Positions 13,155 to 27,059 are shown, numbered from the stretch's first letter. The stretch: 64,000 bases of DNA from Lama guanicoe (GCA_013239625.1 MU053629.1:1701567-1765566), one strand, 5' to 3'. Program-made: numbers and translations. The notes: generated from the sequence alone by a model not told the origin.

Positions 13155-13650
13155 CAGTGCTATCATGCAGAACCTCCTGCAGTGATGGAAGTGTTCTCCG
13201 CAGGCGCTGTCCAACACAGCGGCCGCTAGTCACAGGTGGCCACTGAGCATTTGAAATATGGCCAGGGCAGCTGAGGAACTGCATTTTAAACTTTATCTCA
13301 ATTTAATTCAAAAACTGAAATGTTGTGAAATATTTTCCTCTAAACACAACTTTATATTTTGGCAGGATTGCACTCTAACCATTGCATTGCAAATGAACTG
13401 AGATGTGCTGTAAGTGTAAGATACCCTCACTGGCTTTTGAAGATACAGTATGAGGAAGAGAATGTAAACTATCTCATTAACGAGTTTTATACTGATCACA
13501 CGTTAAAATGATAATAATTTGTACATATTGGGTTAAGTAAAAGATGTCATTAAAATTAATGCACCTAGTTCTTTTCATTTCTTATTCAATGTGGGTACTA
13601 AAAACTCTAAAATTGCATATGTGGTTTGTATTATATTTCTACTAAACATC
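13155..13650. mobile_element. Charlie1/MER3/MER33-type hAT DNA transposon remnant
   Basis: gcgctgtccaacacagcggccgctagtcacaggtggccactgagcatttgaaatatggccag...gaactgagatgtgctgtaagtgtaa. Confidence 0.75.
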
Positions 13651-13670
13651 ACCAATAGTAAGGGTATCTT

Positions 13671-14045
13671 TTTTAAAACAATTTTTATAAGTATAGTTGA
13701 TTTATGTTTCAGGTATATAGTAAAGTGATTCAGTTTTGTATATATACGTATACATGTGTATGTATTCTGAAAAAGAATACATATTTTTTCAGATTCTTTT
13801 CCATTATAGGTTGTTACAACATATTGAATATAGCTCCCTGTGCTATGCAGTAGGTACTAGTTGTTTATCTCTTTTATATATAGTAGTGCATTTCTGTTAA
13901 ACCCAAACTCCTAATTGATCTGCCCGGCTGCTTTCCCCTTCGGTAACCGTAAGTTTGTGTTCTATGTCTGTGAGTCTATTTCTGTTTTGTAAATAAGTTC
14001 ATCTGCATCATTTTTTAAGATTCCACATGTAAGTGATACCATATG
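13671..14045 (-). mobile_element. 5'-truncated L1 3' end (artiodactyl-type)
   Basis: T-rich tail plus L1 3' UTR. Perfect 11-bp TSD aagggtatctt at 13660-13670 and 14046-14056. Confidence 0.85.
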
Positions 14046-14194
14046 AAGGGTATCTTGTTTAGGTCTAGTTTCCAGGAAATACAGGACATGGAGGAACGAG
14101 TTAAATAACACCATGAGGAAAGAAGAAGCCAAATCCAGACTGTGAGACAGTCAACAGGACAAATGACCTAGTTCTCCCAGCAAATCAATGGCAT

Positions 14195-14195
<1 letters not shown>

Positions 14196-14231
<36 letters not shown>
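14196..14231. repeat. Poly(A)36 homopolymer
   Basis: Direct count. Confidence 0.9.
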
Positions 14232-14233
<2 letters not shown>

Positions 14234-14519
14234 AAGGAGAGCTGCTATAGAATAGACACCAGAGACAAAAGAACCAGATGCAGCCTGGGCCCTCATTCCG
14301 ATGCTAATTCAAATAAAATAACCGTAAAAAGGCATCTTTGGGTCCATCAGGAATATCACTATGACCCATGTAGATAGCCCCGGTGGTCCAGGTATCCTGG
14401 CAGGATAATCTGTCAGGTGTGATAAATACACGGTGGCCATATTTAAAGAAATGTCACCAGTGAGAGACGCATACTAAAGTGTTTAAACATGAAGTGACAT
14501 GATGTCTGAGATTTGCTTT

Positions 14520-15652
14520 TTTTTAAACATTTTTTATTGATTTATAATCATTTTACAATGTTGTGTCAAATTCCAGTGTTCAGCACAATTTTTCAGTTAT
14601 ACATGAACATACATACATTCATTGTCACATTGTTTTCTCTGTGAGCTACCACAAGATCTTGTGTATATTTCCCTGTGCTTTACAGTATAATCTTGTTTAC
14701 CTATTCTACAATTTTGAAATCCCAGTCTCTCCCTTCCCACCCTCCACCCCCTTGGCAACCACAAGTTTGTATTCTATGTCTATGAGTCTATTTCTGTTTT
14801 GTATTTATGATTTGTTTGTGGTTTTTTTTTTTTTTGATTCCACATATGAGTGATCTCATATGGTATTTTTCTTTCTCTTTCTGGCTTACTTCACTTACAA
14901 TGACATTCTCCAGGAGCATCCATGTTGCTGCAAATGGCGTTATGTTGTCGGTTTTTATGGCTGAGTAGTATTCCATTGTATAAATATACCACATCTTCTT
15001 TATCCAGTCACCTATTGATGGACATTTAGGCTGTTTCCATGTTTTGGCTGTTGTAAATAGTGCTGCTATGAACATTGGAGTGCAGGTGTCATCCTGAAGT
15101 AGATTTCCTTCTGGATACAAGCCCAGGAGTGGGATTCCTGGGTCATATGGTAAGTCTATTCCTAGTCTTTTGAGGAATCTCCACACTGTTTTCCATAGTG
15201 GCTGCACCAAACTGCATTCCCACCAGCAGTGTAGGAGGGTTCCCCTTTCTCCACAGCCTCTCCAGCATTTGTCATTTGTGGATTTTTGAATGACGGCCAT
15301 TCTGACTGGTGTGAGGTGTTACCTCCTTGTAGTTTTGATTTGCATTTCTCTGATAATTAGTGATATTGAGCGTTTCTTCATGTGCCTATTGATCATTTGT
15401 GTGTCTTCTTTGGAGAATTGCTTGTTTAGGTCTTCTGCCCATTTTTGGATTGTGTTGTTTGTTTTTTCTCATTAAGTTGTATGAGCTGCTTATATATAGA
15501 TCAAGCCTTTGTCAGTTTCATTTGCAAAAATTTTTCCCCATTCCGTAGGTTGTCGTTTTGTTTTACTTATGGTTTCCTTTGCTGTGCAGAAGCTTTTAAG
15601 TTTCATTAGGTCCCATTTGTTTATTCTTGCTTTTATTTCGATTGCTTGGGTA
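14520..15652 (-). mobile_element. Young 5'-truncated L1 (about 1.13 kb): ORF2 C-terminus and 3' UTR
   Basis: ORF 14788-15300 contains the L1 ORF2 Cys-rich motif [18 protein letters not shown], and the upstream frame gives [17 protein letters not shown]. Perfect 12-bp TSD gagatttgcttt at 14508-14519 and 15653-15664. Confidence 0.95.
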
Positions 15653-18600
15653 GAGATTTGCTTTAAAGTATTGCAACAAACAAACAGTCGAAGTGGAGGG
15701 GGGAGTAGGAGTGTGATATAAAACAAAATGGTGAAATGTTGATGACATGAAGCTGGGTGAGGGGCCTATGAGGATTCTTACATCATTCTCTTCACTTTTA
15801 TACACGTTTTATATATGGAAATCCTCCATAATAAGGAGTTAATAGTAAACATCTAGGGGAGCAGACTCCTCACTCTACCCCAGTCATCCCTGCACACAAA
15901 CCATCAGTACATGGAAGTTCTTCCCTAACAGATGAGGAAACCAAAGACACAAGAGAGAAGTGGTCATGCAAGGTCTCCTGGCAAGAGAGCACATGGTCAA
16001 GACCACGTCCAAGTGCCAGACCTTGGTCCAATGCCATGCACCCTATTCTTGTCAGGGGTGGCAGTGGTAGAAGATGGCTTGATTTTTGCTTTGATTTAGA
16101 GTTTGTCACCTGTGCAATGTGCTAACCCAGACATCCTCTCACTTGAGACCCACATCCACCCTGAGGGGTAGATGGAACTTCTGTCCTGGTTTTCCAAACT
16201 GAGGCTGCAAGAGAGCAGTGACTTGTCCAAGGTCACACAGCTGGTAAGTGGCAGAAACAACATGTAGATCCAGACCTTCTCAGCCCCATTCCACCATGAG
16301 TTCCTCTCACCACACTCTCCCCACATTATAAGGCTTGACTTGCTGATGCAAAAAGGAAAACTCAAAGCCACCCCAAGCCCTGGGCTCTCTTCTGACATCC
16401 CTGTCTAGCCACATCCATGCCCTCACAGGCTGGGCTGTCACCGTCTGTCTGGCTCTCTCCCCAGCTAGATTACCTTTGCTTTCACAGCACCTGTGCAAGA
16501 AAGACATTCCAGAGATGGTGGGCCAATAAAAGAACAAAGACAAGAAACAAGATATTTAAAATATCAACTTGGCACAGAATATTCTACATCATACAGAGTG
16601 AAGCCTTGGCACTTGCAAGAGATCTGTCGGGAGCCCTTTGCAAATTTTCAAATCCAGTGTGTCCCCTGGAGCACACAGGACCCAGCCCAGCCCTTGTTTT
16701 TATACTTCGAGTCTTGCTGTGTCACGTGAGGCTCTGACCTCAGGCCTACCCTGCCCTTCCCACCTTAAACAGAACGCTGCATACATGTAAACGAATGTTG
16801 TGATAATGTGGATGTGTCCTGTCACCCAACGTTACTGATGTAAAGGCCCAGGCTGGGGAGGACTTTCGGGGATAGAAATCAGCTGTTCCATTTGAAGGTG
16901 TGATCTGGGCAGGAGACTGAATGAGACATGGTCTCCTTTGGATGAAGAGGGGCACAGCCATGGTGGCCCTTAGAATCGCCTCCTAGAGACCTGGAAAGGT
17001 GTGAGGCTGACGAGCCTGCCAGGGTAACTGTCCAGCCCTGGACACCCAGGCCGGGGACACTCACATCAGTTCTCAGGCAGCTCCTCTCAAGACCATCAAG
17101 TAGTCTGGGTTTTGTGTCTTCCCCCCACCCCACCCTCGACCCAAATGCAGTTTCTCCCAAAGGCTTCTCACCCCAAGACCTCTGTTCTGGAGTCATCCCC
17201 GCTCCTCCAAAGCTTCTGTCTGCTCATATCCCAAACTCCTTCGCTTGAAGAGGAAAAGCGAAGCCTAACGGCCTGGTCCTCGCTCTCCTTCCACATCCCC
17301 AGCATCAGCGCCCTCCCTGCTCATCGGACCTTTGCCGCCTTCCTCCCTGCAGGTTGGTCTGCCTGCTAGAAACGTTTTTCAGAACTCTTTTGAAAACGAG
17401 TGGCCATTTTGAGTGAGTGCAGGCTGCTATTTGGGAAGGATGCTGCCAGAGCTGCTGGGGCCCAGGAAGCCGGAGTCCGTTCGGGGCTGGGAAGCACTGC
17501 CGCCGCCTTGGCGCGCTCTGCCAGACTGCGCGCTGGTCTGCAGCCGCCCTGGGATCGCGTTCACCAGTCTGGAGTCAAGGAGGCCCCAGAGCGGTCAGAG
17601 GCCTGGGACGGGAGACCTGCCTGTGCCTCCCAAGGCAGACCTACATTTTTCAGAGCCAACCCTACATGTGACATGAATTAATCTATTGAGAACTTGAAAA
17701 TATTCTTTACACCGTACAGAAGTCAGTTTACATGGACCGCTAAATCCTTGCCAACCCTGCCTTCCGTGTCCCCTGCTGCAGGGGCTGGGTCATGGCTCTG
17801 GTAATGACAGCTGAAGGAGACTTAAATCAGGGCTGGGGATGTCCCCTGGGAGCTGACACTTCAGCAGGAAGCAGGAGGAAGCCTGCACCAGACGACAGGG
17901 CAGAGCCACTTTCAGGAGTCTTGGCAGCCAGGAGCATTTTTGGATTAAAGAAAAACAAGGAAACCTGCTTCACGAAGACGTCTTTGAAGACTGAAGAGAA
18001 GGAAACAGAGCATGCTCTGAAAGACAAAGCTTTAGTTGGAAATATCTTGGCTACTGGATTGCCTTAAGTTCTTTTCCTTTATACTAATTCCCCACCTGAA
18101 CATATCCAACTGGCATTTAGAAGGAGATGGAGTCTTCATTTTAACACTTAATGCACTCAGGTCTGAAAACAAACATGACCTTTTTTACTTAAGACTAAGA
18201 ACAAACAACAGCAGCAGCAACAACAACAACAAAAACAGGGCAGTGAAATCTGAGTAGACCTGGCCACAAAAACCTATAAATGTCAACCGAGCTGGTGGGC
18301 ACTGACACCCATGTTTAAGGACTGGGCAAACCCACTAGCCCAGTAGGACACAGCGAGGACCATGAGGCCAAGGGTCCTGGGCAGCCCAACAAAGGGGCAT
18401 CAAGTCCAAACATAAAAGTCCCCCCAAAGCACTTCTCTTCTGGAAGGTCCTCCTTGGAGTCCCTGGTCACAAAAGGCACAGTTTTAGCAATCCCGAACTC
18501 CAGAGTCAGACCCCCTGAGACAACAAGACAGCTTGAAAGTAAAGGGGGAGACAGAGAAACTATGAGCAGGCAGAACTTCACAAACACAGCAGCTCAAGCA

Positions 18601-18749
18601 AGACACAGGAGCACCAGCGGGACAACTGATGGTATGGGTGGTGACAGCTCACAAGAAGAGGGTACACAACTGGTGGCTGACCATGAACCTTGCCGGGAGA
18701 AACAGGGGCATCTCAAGAGCATCCCAGATCTCAACTCCTGGGGTTCCAC

Positions 18750-19350
18750 AAACAGGGAGAAACAGACAGTATCCCCAGCAATTACAGAAACACCAATGAA
18801 AAAGGCCTAAAATGTATCATTCTATACCTGCAAAGGGAAATAAATAATGAACTCTGCTTTAAAACAAATTTACCAGGGCTGGCAAGGCTGCAGGCAAATG
18901 GGAACCCTCCTGTGTCGCAGGCGGTACTGCTTAACCAGCACCGTCCCATGAAAGTGAGGACACCGAGAGCCCGGAAAACGTCAGCCTACTCACCCCGTTT
19001 CTGAGGATTTATCTTAACTAATTAATTCAAAAGGAAAGGGGGAAATTATGGGAAGAAAGTTCCTTTATGGCAGTGAAATTTGTATTGGTTGAAAGCTGAA
19101 AACTAAAAAAACGAATGTCCGCTAATAGGGAGATCAGGTATGCAAATCAGTGAAATCTGATACAGCCAGTCAAAAGGGAGAAAAGCTATCTACGGCATTA
19201 AGTTAACCGGGGGGAAAGCAGAGCAGGGAATTGTACAAGTGCAATGATTGTGTACAAACAGACAAAGACCGAGAGGAATCGCAGGAAAAGACAAAGAGCT
19301 GCATTTGGATGGCAGGCTTATGAATGCAATTTCTTTTTAGTTGCTGTAAA
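18750..19350 (+). mobile_element. Highly degraded ancient L1 (ORF2 end/3' UTR)
   Basis: Degenerate L1-like motifs: gctggcaaggctgcaggcaaatgggaaccctc, tttctgaggatttatctt, aatgtccgctaatagggag. Confidence 0.4.
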
Positions 19351-20194
19351 GGCTTTTTTGACAATAGACTTTTAAAGAACTGGCCTGGCTTTCCCAGCAA
19401 AGGTGGGCTCGTCACTCTCAGCTGGTAGCCAGTGTGCCATCCGCTGACCCTTAGCCTTGGGACACGCCACGCCTTGGGCCATCCACACGGCTGGCTACAC
19501 CTGTGGGAACCACCAGGCTTGTCTGCGCCAGGCAGATGCGTACACTGACAACCCGGGAGAAACACAGAGGACCCTGGGAGTTAGAGGAGGGGCGAGCACG
19601 GGTGATCCTACGCAATTAAACATTGAGATGGATAATTTAAGAATCAAATGCAAGAGTATGCAAATGCCCATCTGCTACATCAATCTAGATCCTGGCAAAC
19701 GCCAGAGCATAGTTCTCAAATTAGAGTGGTCTCAAATGTCAGGCGGTCCACCCAACCTGCAGGCAGGTTAAGGATGGCTGCCTGCTTTACAGAGGAGAGC
19801 TGATGCCCAGAAGGGGGGGGTGACCTGCTCCAGGTCACGAAGTCAGGGATTGCTGAGGCGAATGCCACCACTCCTCTGCTAACTGGCCAATGCCTCATGG
19901 CTATGAGGCTTAGAACATTCCAGAAGACACGCACAGGGGTCTTGCTATTTGACCCGACACAGCCCAACTCAAACTCTACTGTCTGCCAGAGCCCCACCTC
20001 CCCATTCCATGGAGGCATGTTCAGGAGGGACACCAGGTGGCCAACCAACCCCTGGAGTCATGGTGTCAACCAACCAAACTCCGCCAGACTGTGAAGTCTT
20101 CCCCAGCACGAGGCCAGCCCACCCCATGCTCACAGCTGTCTGCACGAGCTGGGTGAACCCAGTCCTGGCCCTGCCACTTCCTGGCTGTAAGGTC

Positions 20195-20340
20195 TTGTAA
20201 GTGACCTGGCCTCTCAGTGTCTTTGTCTGCAGAACCTGGGGATAACGAGCCCCTGTGTGATAGGACTGGTGTGAGGATTAAATGAGGTAAAAGAAGACCT
20301 CGGCAAAGTAAACGCCAAGTCCTAAGTAGGACATTTCCCT
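20195..20340. mobile_element. MIR SINE
   Basis: ctctcagtgtctttgtctgcagaac...gtgaggattaaatgaggtaa. Confidence 0.6.
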
Positions 20341-20843
20341 CAACACAGCTTCTGTGAAGACTGAACAAGGTGACAAACGTGAAGTACCTAGCAAATGCTT
20401 GACTTCCAGCAGAGTGCCAACGCATAGCTATTCTTCAGTAACAGTTATTATGGTCATAATAAAGGCATCAAATACAGCACAAAGGCAGGGGATTTTCCCA
20501 GGAAAGGGCTGGAGGAGGGCTTCGCGGAGACCAGAGGATGTCTGTTCTTTTCTTCCTCATAGAGCAGACTCTTGCTGACGGCCTCCCCTGCTCCCCCTCC
20601 CACCGTCCCACATGCTCACCACCCAGGAAGAGGACCCCAGAGCTCGCCATTTCTTCCCTTGGATCCGCACAGTCCAATGAAAGCCAGACCGAGACCCCCG
20701 CCCTGAGTCCCTGTTGCACAGGAAGCCCACCCCACTTCGGCCTAGGCTCACGGGGAGGGTGAGGTAACAGGGAGACCACCCCACTGACTTCATCTCACCC
20801 CCCCCGCCCCCGTCTGCCCACCCCGGGCCCGGGCACCCACTCA

Positions 20844-21098
<255 letters not shown>

Positions 21099-23966
21099 TC
21101 ACTGTGGTCGCTGGGGAAGTAGCCTGGCTGTCACCCCCAGGCCACAGACATTCAGAGTCATTCTTCCAGGACAGGACAAATCATGCGACCAGCCAGCATC
21201 CCCACGTGGCTGTCAACCAGTGAGTGAGTGAGACAGGGCAAGTACTGGGCTCCCCTTCTGGTCATATGAATCCTTTGCTTTTCACTAGGACGGCAGGTTA
21301 GTGTTGTCATTCCCAGTGTACAGATGGGAACGCTGAGGCCCTGAAAGGTTGGTTTGATCAGGATGACACAGCCTCATTATTCCAAAGCCTCAGCTAGAAC
21401 CTCTGTCTTGTATCCACCAGGTGAAATCACTATGTCCAGAGGTTTATACTACTTAATGGAAAGATTTTAAAGGAAAACCAAAAAAGATCAGCATGGTCAA
21501 AACACTAAGAGTAACGACCGTCTGTTTGGGCCTCCCTTATCTGGAAGCAAGTACAAAGTCATCTATTTGGAACTGAGAAGGGACAAAGCCCTTCTGTACT
21601 CTCAGTTCTTCCCAACAAATTAAATCCTAGTTACCTGACGTGAGCCAGGTAGTAGGACAACAGGGGGACAGAGCCAAAGGATGATGCACTTAATGTAAAA
21701 ACAATGCCAGAGACCGTGCCATCTGGGTTGGTGGGGACCCTGGTAGGGATGGGGAAGGGGAAGCCGCCTGACACTGTTAATAGTCCAGTAAGAAGACTGA
21801 TAGGCCCACAGTTCTAAAATGTTAGGAAACTGAGGCACAGGAGAGGTCAGGAGACTCACCTGACGTCATCACAGAGTTAATCACAAAGCCAGGCCCCAGA
21901 GCCGGGTGCCCAGGTCACTGTCCACAAAGCCACTAAAACAGTTAAAGGAGTCAAGACAATGCTTAGTGCCTTTTGGGGCTGGGTTTGAAAACCTTTCGTT
22001 CCAGGGACCTAGACGGCAACCATGACATAGTATCCTTGCCAGAGCACACGTGGCCCTGAGCCAGCTTCCCTGAGTGCTCCCGGGGCAGCCCACCCCCAGG
22101 GAAGGGCAGCAGCCTCCTGCTTCACCACCTCAGATCAGGAAATTGGTGGGGGCCACTCTAAGTCCCTGGAGACTAGCCAGGGGCCACCCTCCCGGGATCC
22201 ACTCACTCCCTTTCCACCAGTGCCCCAGGTTTTCTTGCCACCCACAATGCCCACTGCTTGAGACAGAACTCAGAAAACTTGAAAGTTCAGCCTAATGGGT
22301 TACTAAGAAGACACCAGACTCCGCACTTAGGATTTATTCTCTTTAGTGGCTCTGGGGTAAGAGTTACTTACACACAGTAAAGTGCCCTGGATATTTGCCT
22401 CAGCCTAAAAAAATAGCATTGCATCTGAACCACTTATTACTAAAATAATCCTCATTGAGACAGCCTTCAAAATAAACCCAAGTAACCAAAAAAAAAAAAA
22501 GTCAAGTAAAGCAAGTAAGAAATAGATATGTCAACACTTAACTAGTATTCTATGGCAACCACCTTAGAGATGTCATCAAACACATGTTCACGTATCTCTC
22601 CAGCCGTCATCCTCCACTCGCTCAGTGCTGCCTGAGCATCTCCTCTGTGCCTGGCTCTGAGCCACACAGTAAAGGGCAGGGACCAAAGGCACAGACATCA
22701 GGTACAGGTGGAGCTCTGGGGAGGGAGAGCGCCCTGGGCGCTGGGCTGAGCTGGGCTGGGCAGGTTTTGTGGAGCCAAATCTCTACTGTGTTGTCCAATA
22801 ATGCTAAAGTCTCAGCTATTTATGCCCCACATGTTGGCTCTGGGCTGTCTACACACTAGGGGCTAATGCAGGTGGAGCGAAGCCAGGTCTCCCAAAGCCA
22901 GAACAGATTCAGTGAGATCTCCAACACAGCTGGTCACTGGGAGCTGCTGTGGGTCTCAGGACATCAGGTCCCTTAGAGGGTGCCAGCAAACACTGGACAA
23001 AGCCTCCAGTCCTGGCAGCTGTGAGTCCACATCAGGACAGCCTAGCTCCTCTCCTCTCTGACACCTCAAGGGGCCTGGCATCAGCAGCGCTGAGGGATGG
23101 GAAAACCAAAGCTTAAGACTCTTAAGCAATTTTTTTATTTAAGTTTACAGAGCACAGAGGCGCAGGCACAGGGCTCTTATAAAGCAGAGATAAATATCTC
23201 AGGTCACTTTAACAAAGCTCTCCCTTTCCCTATGAGGGAAAGGGAGGCATTTTTCTGTATCACATGCCTGAAAAAATTCCTCAGACTCTCAAAGAGCCAA
23301 TGAGTGTTTGCTTTTCCTGGTGAGCTTTCCCTCTGTGAGAGGTGGCTGGGCTCAGGCTTAACGTGCAGGTGTCTTCGTCCCCCTAAAAGGAGATATTTAG
23401 AGAGCGGGCGACGAACACAGAGCCAAATACCAGGCAACAACACTCATCTTCCCTCTCTTCACAGGGCAGGGTCCTCCATTCAACCTGCGCTGGGAGCCTC
23501 AAGGAGAGCCAAGGCCATTTGCTGTTTTCCCGTCTCCTGGTCCAGTACTGGGAAGTGCCGAGAATTCGCTCCACTAGGTCCAGTTCCCAGGCAGGGAGGC
23601 CTCGGGCAAGGAAAGTAGCCTTCCAGGTCAGACAGGCCTGGCCTCAGGAAACCTCCACTGCCACCCGGGGCAAGTGGCTACCTGCTCTGAGCATCAGTTT
23701 CCTCATCTGTAGAATGGGAAGCATGATTCCCTACCAGGGACTTGTGAAGACTGGAAATATCTGTCATGTTGGCCCACAGGCAGCACTCATAAGTGGTGAT
23801 TATTCTGACTGTTATTATTGCTCAGGGGAAGGCAGAAGTCACTGATTTAAATGGCCTGCAATGTGTGGCCAGGGTATCAGTGTAATTTTAACACACATCT
23901 CCACCCCGCCTCAACGAGCCAGCGCACAGGCAGATACGGGAATATCTCTGTTCTAAGCAATTAGAG

Positions 23967-24251
23967 CAGTGGTTCTCAACTCTGGCTATGCACTGGAATG
24001 ACTGGGAGAATTTTAAAACTACGGCTGCCTGGGTCCCACCTCCAGAGATTCTGATCTCCTGGGTCTGGGCTGCAGCCTGGGAATCAAGATATTTAAAAGC
24101 TTCCCGAGGGCGAGGGATATAACTCAGTAGGTAGGGTGCATGCTTAGCATGCGCGAGGTCCTGGGTTCAATCCCCAGTAACGCCATTTAAAAAATAAATA
24201 AATAAAGCTTCCCGGGTGACCCTGATGTGCAACCAGGGCTGAGAAACACTG
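23967..24251. mobile_element. MER5-family hAT element with intact TIRs, interrupted by a SINE
   Basis: TIRs cagtggttctcaa ... tgagaaacactg. Confidence 0.85.
24107..24203 (+). mobile_element. Vic-1-like tRNA-derived SINE
   Basis: ataactcagtaggtagggtgcatgcttagcatgcgcgaggtcctgggttcaatcccc plus an (aaat)n tail. TSD aaagcttcccg at 24096-24106 and 24204-24214, at a TT/AAAA site. Confidence 0.92.
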
Positions 24252-27059
24252 ATAACAGTCCTCTGTAGCCATTTTCCAGGAGAAGAAACTGCACCACTGT
24301 TACTCATAGTATTCCTTGTTCTTTTCAGTATTAATACATTACCCTCTCCCTTTTTGATCTGAACATTAGAAGGAGGGAGGGGTGGGAGAAAGGGAAGTGG
24401 GGGAGTGCTATCTCTCCCACCATGACAGTTTTGCAAGCGAACTGCGCCAATATTCATTAGCAAATCAAGACAGATGACCCTGGGCTTTGGGGACTAACAG
24501 AAGTGGAAGTTTGCGGTTGGGCAAACCCCTGGTCACTGTACCCACAGCAGATGCACAGAAGCCTGAGGTGGCTCCGTTATGTTCATCAGAAGGTGTCAGC
24601 AGATCCACAAGCATTTGGAAACAGTGATGGTGGCAGGCCCTTGTCCGCCCATCAGGAAAGCTCCAAAATCAGAAGTTCAGACCCCGGGGTGCAAAGTGCT
24701 CAGCGAGGCTATAGGGCAAGGGGTGGACAGCAAGAGCCCCTCTAGGTTAAGACAGAGTCACCCAGGGTATCATTCTGGAAGGGAGCAGAGGGGAGCCATC
24801 CAATCAACCATAAGGGAAGTGATTGCCAACACTGAGTTTAAAATAATGAGAATGCTGAAACATTGATGCACGTGTACAAAGCACGCATACTCCTATCCCC
24901 ACCCCCAGAGGAACGGTCAGCACCTAACCTGAATGCAGCAAAGGGCTGGGAGTCAGGACACGCAATTCCTGGCCCTGATCTGCCATCACAGCTTTGTGGG
25001 CTTGGACAAGGAGCTGCCTTCTCAGTTCATTTTTCTCCACCTGCCACCTGAAGTCTCATCTTAGAACACTTCCTGTCAGAAAGCTCCTGAGAGCCTGTCA
25101 CAACTCTGAACAGAAACGAAGGCTTTCCCTTCACTCTCCCAATTCCATCTCTGGGCTGATGTCTGGAGACTTGAGTTCCAGGCAGACCCCGACCATGAGC
25201 TGGCCATGACCCTGGGCAGCCTGTCCAACTCTCTGGACCTCAGGGGTCCTCCCTTATCGAATGGGGATGAGAAAACCCAGCCTACCCACCTCAGGGCTGA
25301 TGGGGAAATCATGAGATAATGCCTAAGAAAAGACTTAATCATCCAGCAATCCTGCCATCCAGGAGGGAAGGAGGTGGGGGTGGGTGGAACGCTGTGCCTG
25401 GGGCTGGCTTGCAAAAGTCCTGTAGGAGGGTTTCGTGAGGGACAGTAAATCTGCAAGACACAGAAACTACCTTCCCTGCTTCTGCCAGCACACTCTCCTA
25501 CAATTCTGTACAGGAACACACCTCTCTTCCCAGGCAGAGGGCTCAGCTCCTCACTCTCTTGGTGCCCCAGGAGGAGGGAGCAAGCTGCGCGGAGATGAGC
25601 ATCACTGACAGAATTCAGCAGGGCCAGGGTGAATACCCCATGAGGGTCTCCTGCTATCTGCCCAGGAATCAGATGATGGGCAGTAAATCTAGACAGCTTC
25701 TCAGAACTCAGAAATGGGGTTGCTGTCTCCAACACCAGCTCGTAAGCTTCATGGAAGAGCCTGGCTCAATCACCCCCAAATTTTTCACTGCAAAAGAAGA
25801 ATAACTTGGATACGACCCAAATCTCACACTATGGCATAGATTTTGTGAAGCAATGCAGACATTACAACGTTCGTACCCAGCTTTTCTCTCTCCAAGCTAA
25901 TTTTATTTTTATTCTCTCTTTTAATATTTGCAGGTCTCAAAGTTCCACTTTACAGATCAAAAAACAGTGGCTTAGGGAGGTTAAGTGACTTGGTGGTTGG
26001 GCCAGGTAGCAGGTCCTAATAGCAGGGCTAGGACATAAAGCCATGTCAGCTGACTCCAGCTTCAGTGAGACTCTGGAGGTAACTAGCCAGCAGTCATGTA
26101 CCAAGCATTGAGGAGGGGGCCTATCCCAGAGTGGAGGAACATTCTATCACTGACATTATTTAGAATCACTGATGCATGATGATAATAAAAAGTAGACTGA
26201 TTTTTATTTGATTTTATCATTGGTTTTGAATTCTCAAAAGACAATGCACCCCTCACAGCAGGCACTGAGGCAGATCACTCCCACTGCCTACCCACTCCCA
26301 CCCAGCTGGCTCTGGCCAACTAGACTAGTGCTGGCAACTCCTGGGGGCTGACTGCCAAAGGTGTTTCGTAAGATTTATGGATAGAGTGGGTCTAAATCAT
26401 TGTCTTTCTCAGTCAACTCTAAAGTGTCCATGAATTTAGTAACTTGCCCCCAAAGTCCCCAGTTGATCAAGGTGGAGATGAGGCAGACAGAATGCAGACC
26501 CAGGGATGAGGTGCCATGAGAGGTAAGAGGTATCAGATGGGAAGTGTTCCAAGTCAGAGGGATGTGGGGACCAGGTTCCTCCTCCTGCTTCCCCCAAGCA
26601 GTCCCTGCAGTTCCTCCCACACTGGAGAACAATGAACAGAGATTCCTCTGGAATTACACTGCAAGTCTGCAGGGCCACAGGGCGGGGATAATGCGTCCAA
26701 GCTTCTAGTCAAGGCCACCCCAGGTGCAGCCTAGTAGGTGGGGGAATGGGACCTTCAGCTAACATGTCAAAGGCGTAGGCAGAAGGAACTTAGATCGATA
26801 GTCCACAGGAACCAGATCAGCCTGATCCCAGAGGACCCACATCCCAATTCCATGGCAACAGCCTGTCTGGGGATGGTGTCCCCAGCCCCCTCCCCACTGC
26901 TCTGCCCAGCCAGGCTTGACTGTCCCTGCCCCTAATCCCCTTCCCCTTTCCAATACATCTCACCTTTGGCCAGGCCACTCTTGATTTCCATGAACAAGAT
27001 CCTCCTCCCATCGCCTTAGCAACCAACCTGTTTCTGGTCTCCTATACCCAAGTCCAGAA

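Larger units (their letters stand above)
12960..15850 (+). mobile_element. Ancient L1 (L1ME/MC-like) 3' region fragmented by later insertions
   Basis: Collinear old-L1-like pieces at about 12960-13150, 14057-14519 and 15653-15850. The pieces rejoin across the TSDs of the inserted elements. Confidence 0.55.

Noticed and set aside
14788..15300. 170-aa Cys/His-rich ORF as a host gene
   Set aside because: It is the C-terminus of L1 ORF2 in a 5'-truncated, frameshifted copy.
24107..24203. tRNA gene-like sequences (also at 12431, 38419 and 43685)
   Set aside because: A-rich tails and, in most copies, clear TSDs mark them as SINEs, not functional tRNA genes.
25076..25735. Longest ORF in the track (219 aa)
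   Set aside because: No domain similarity, begins at a non-ATG codon, overlaps MIR-like sequence and has a composition typical of chance ORFs.
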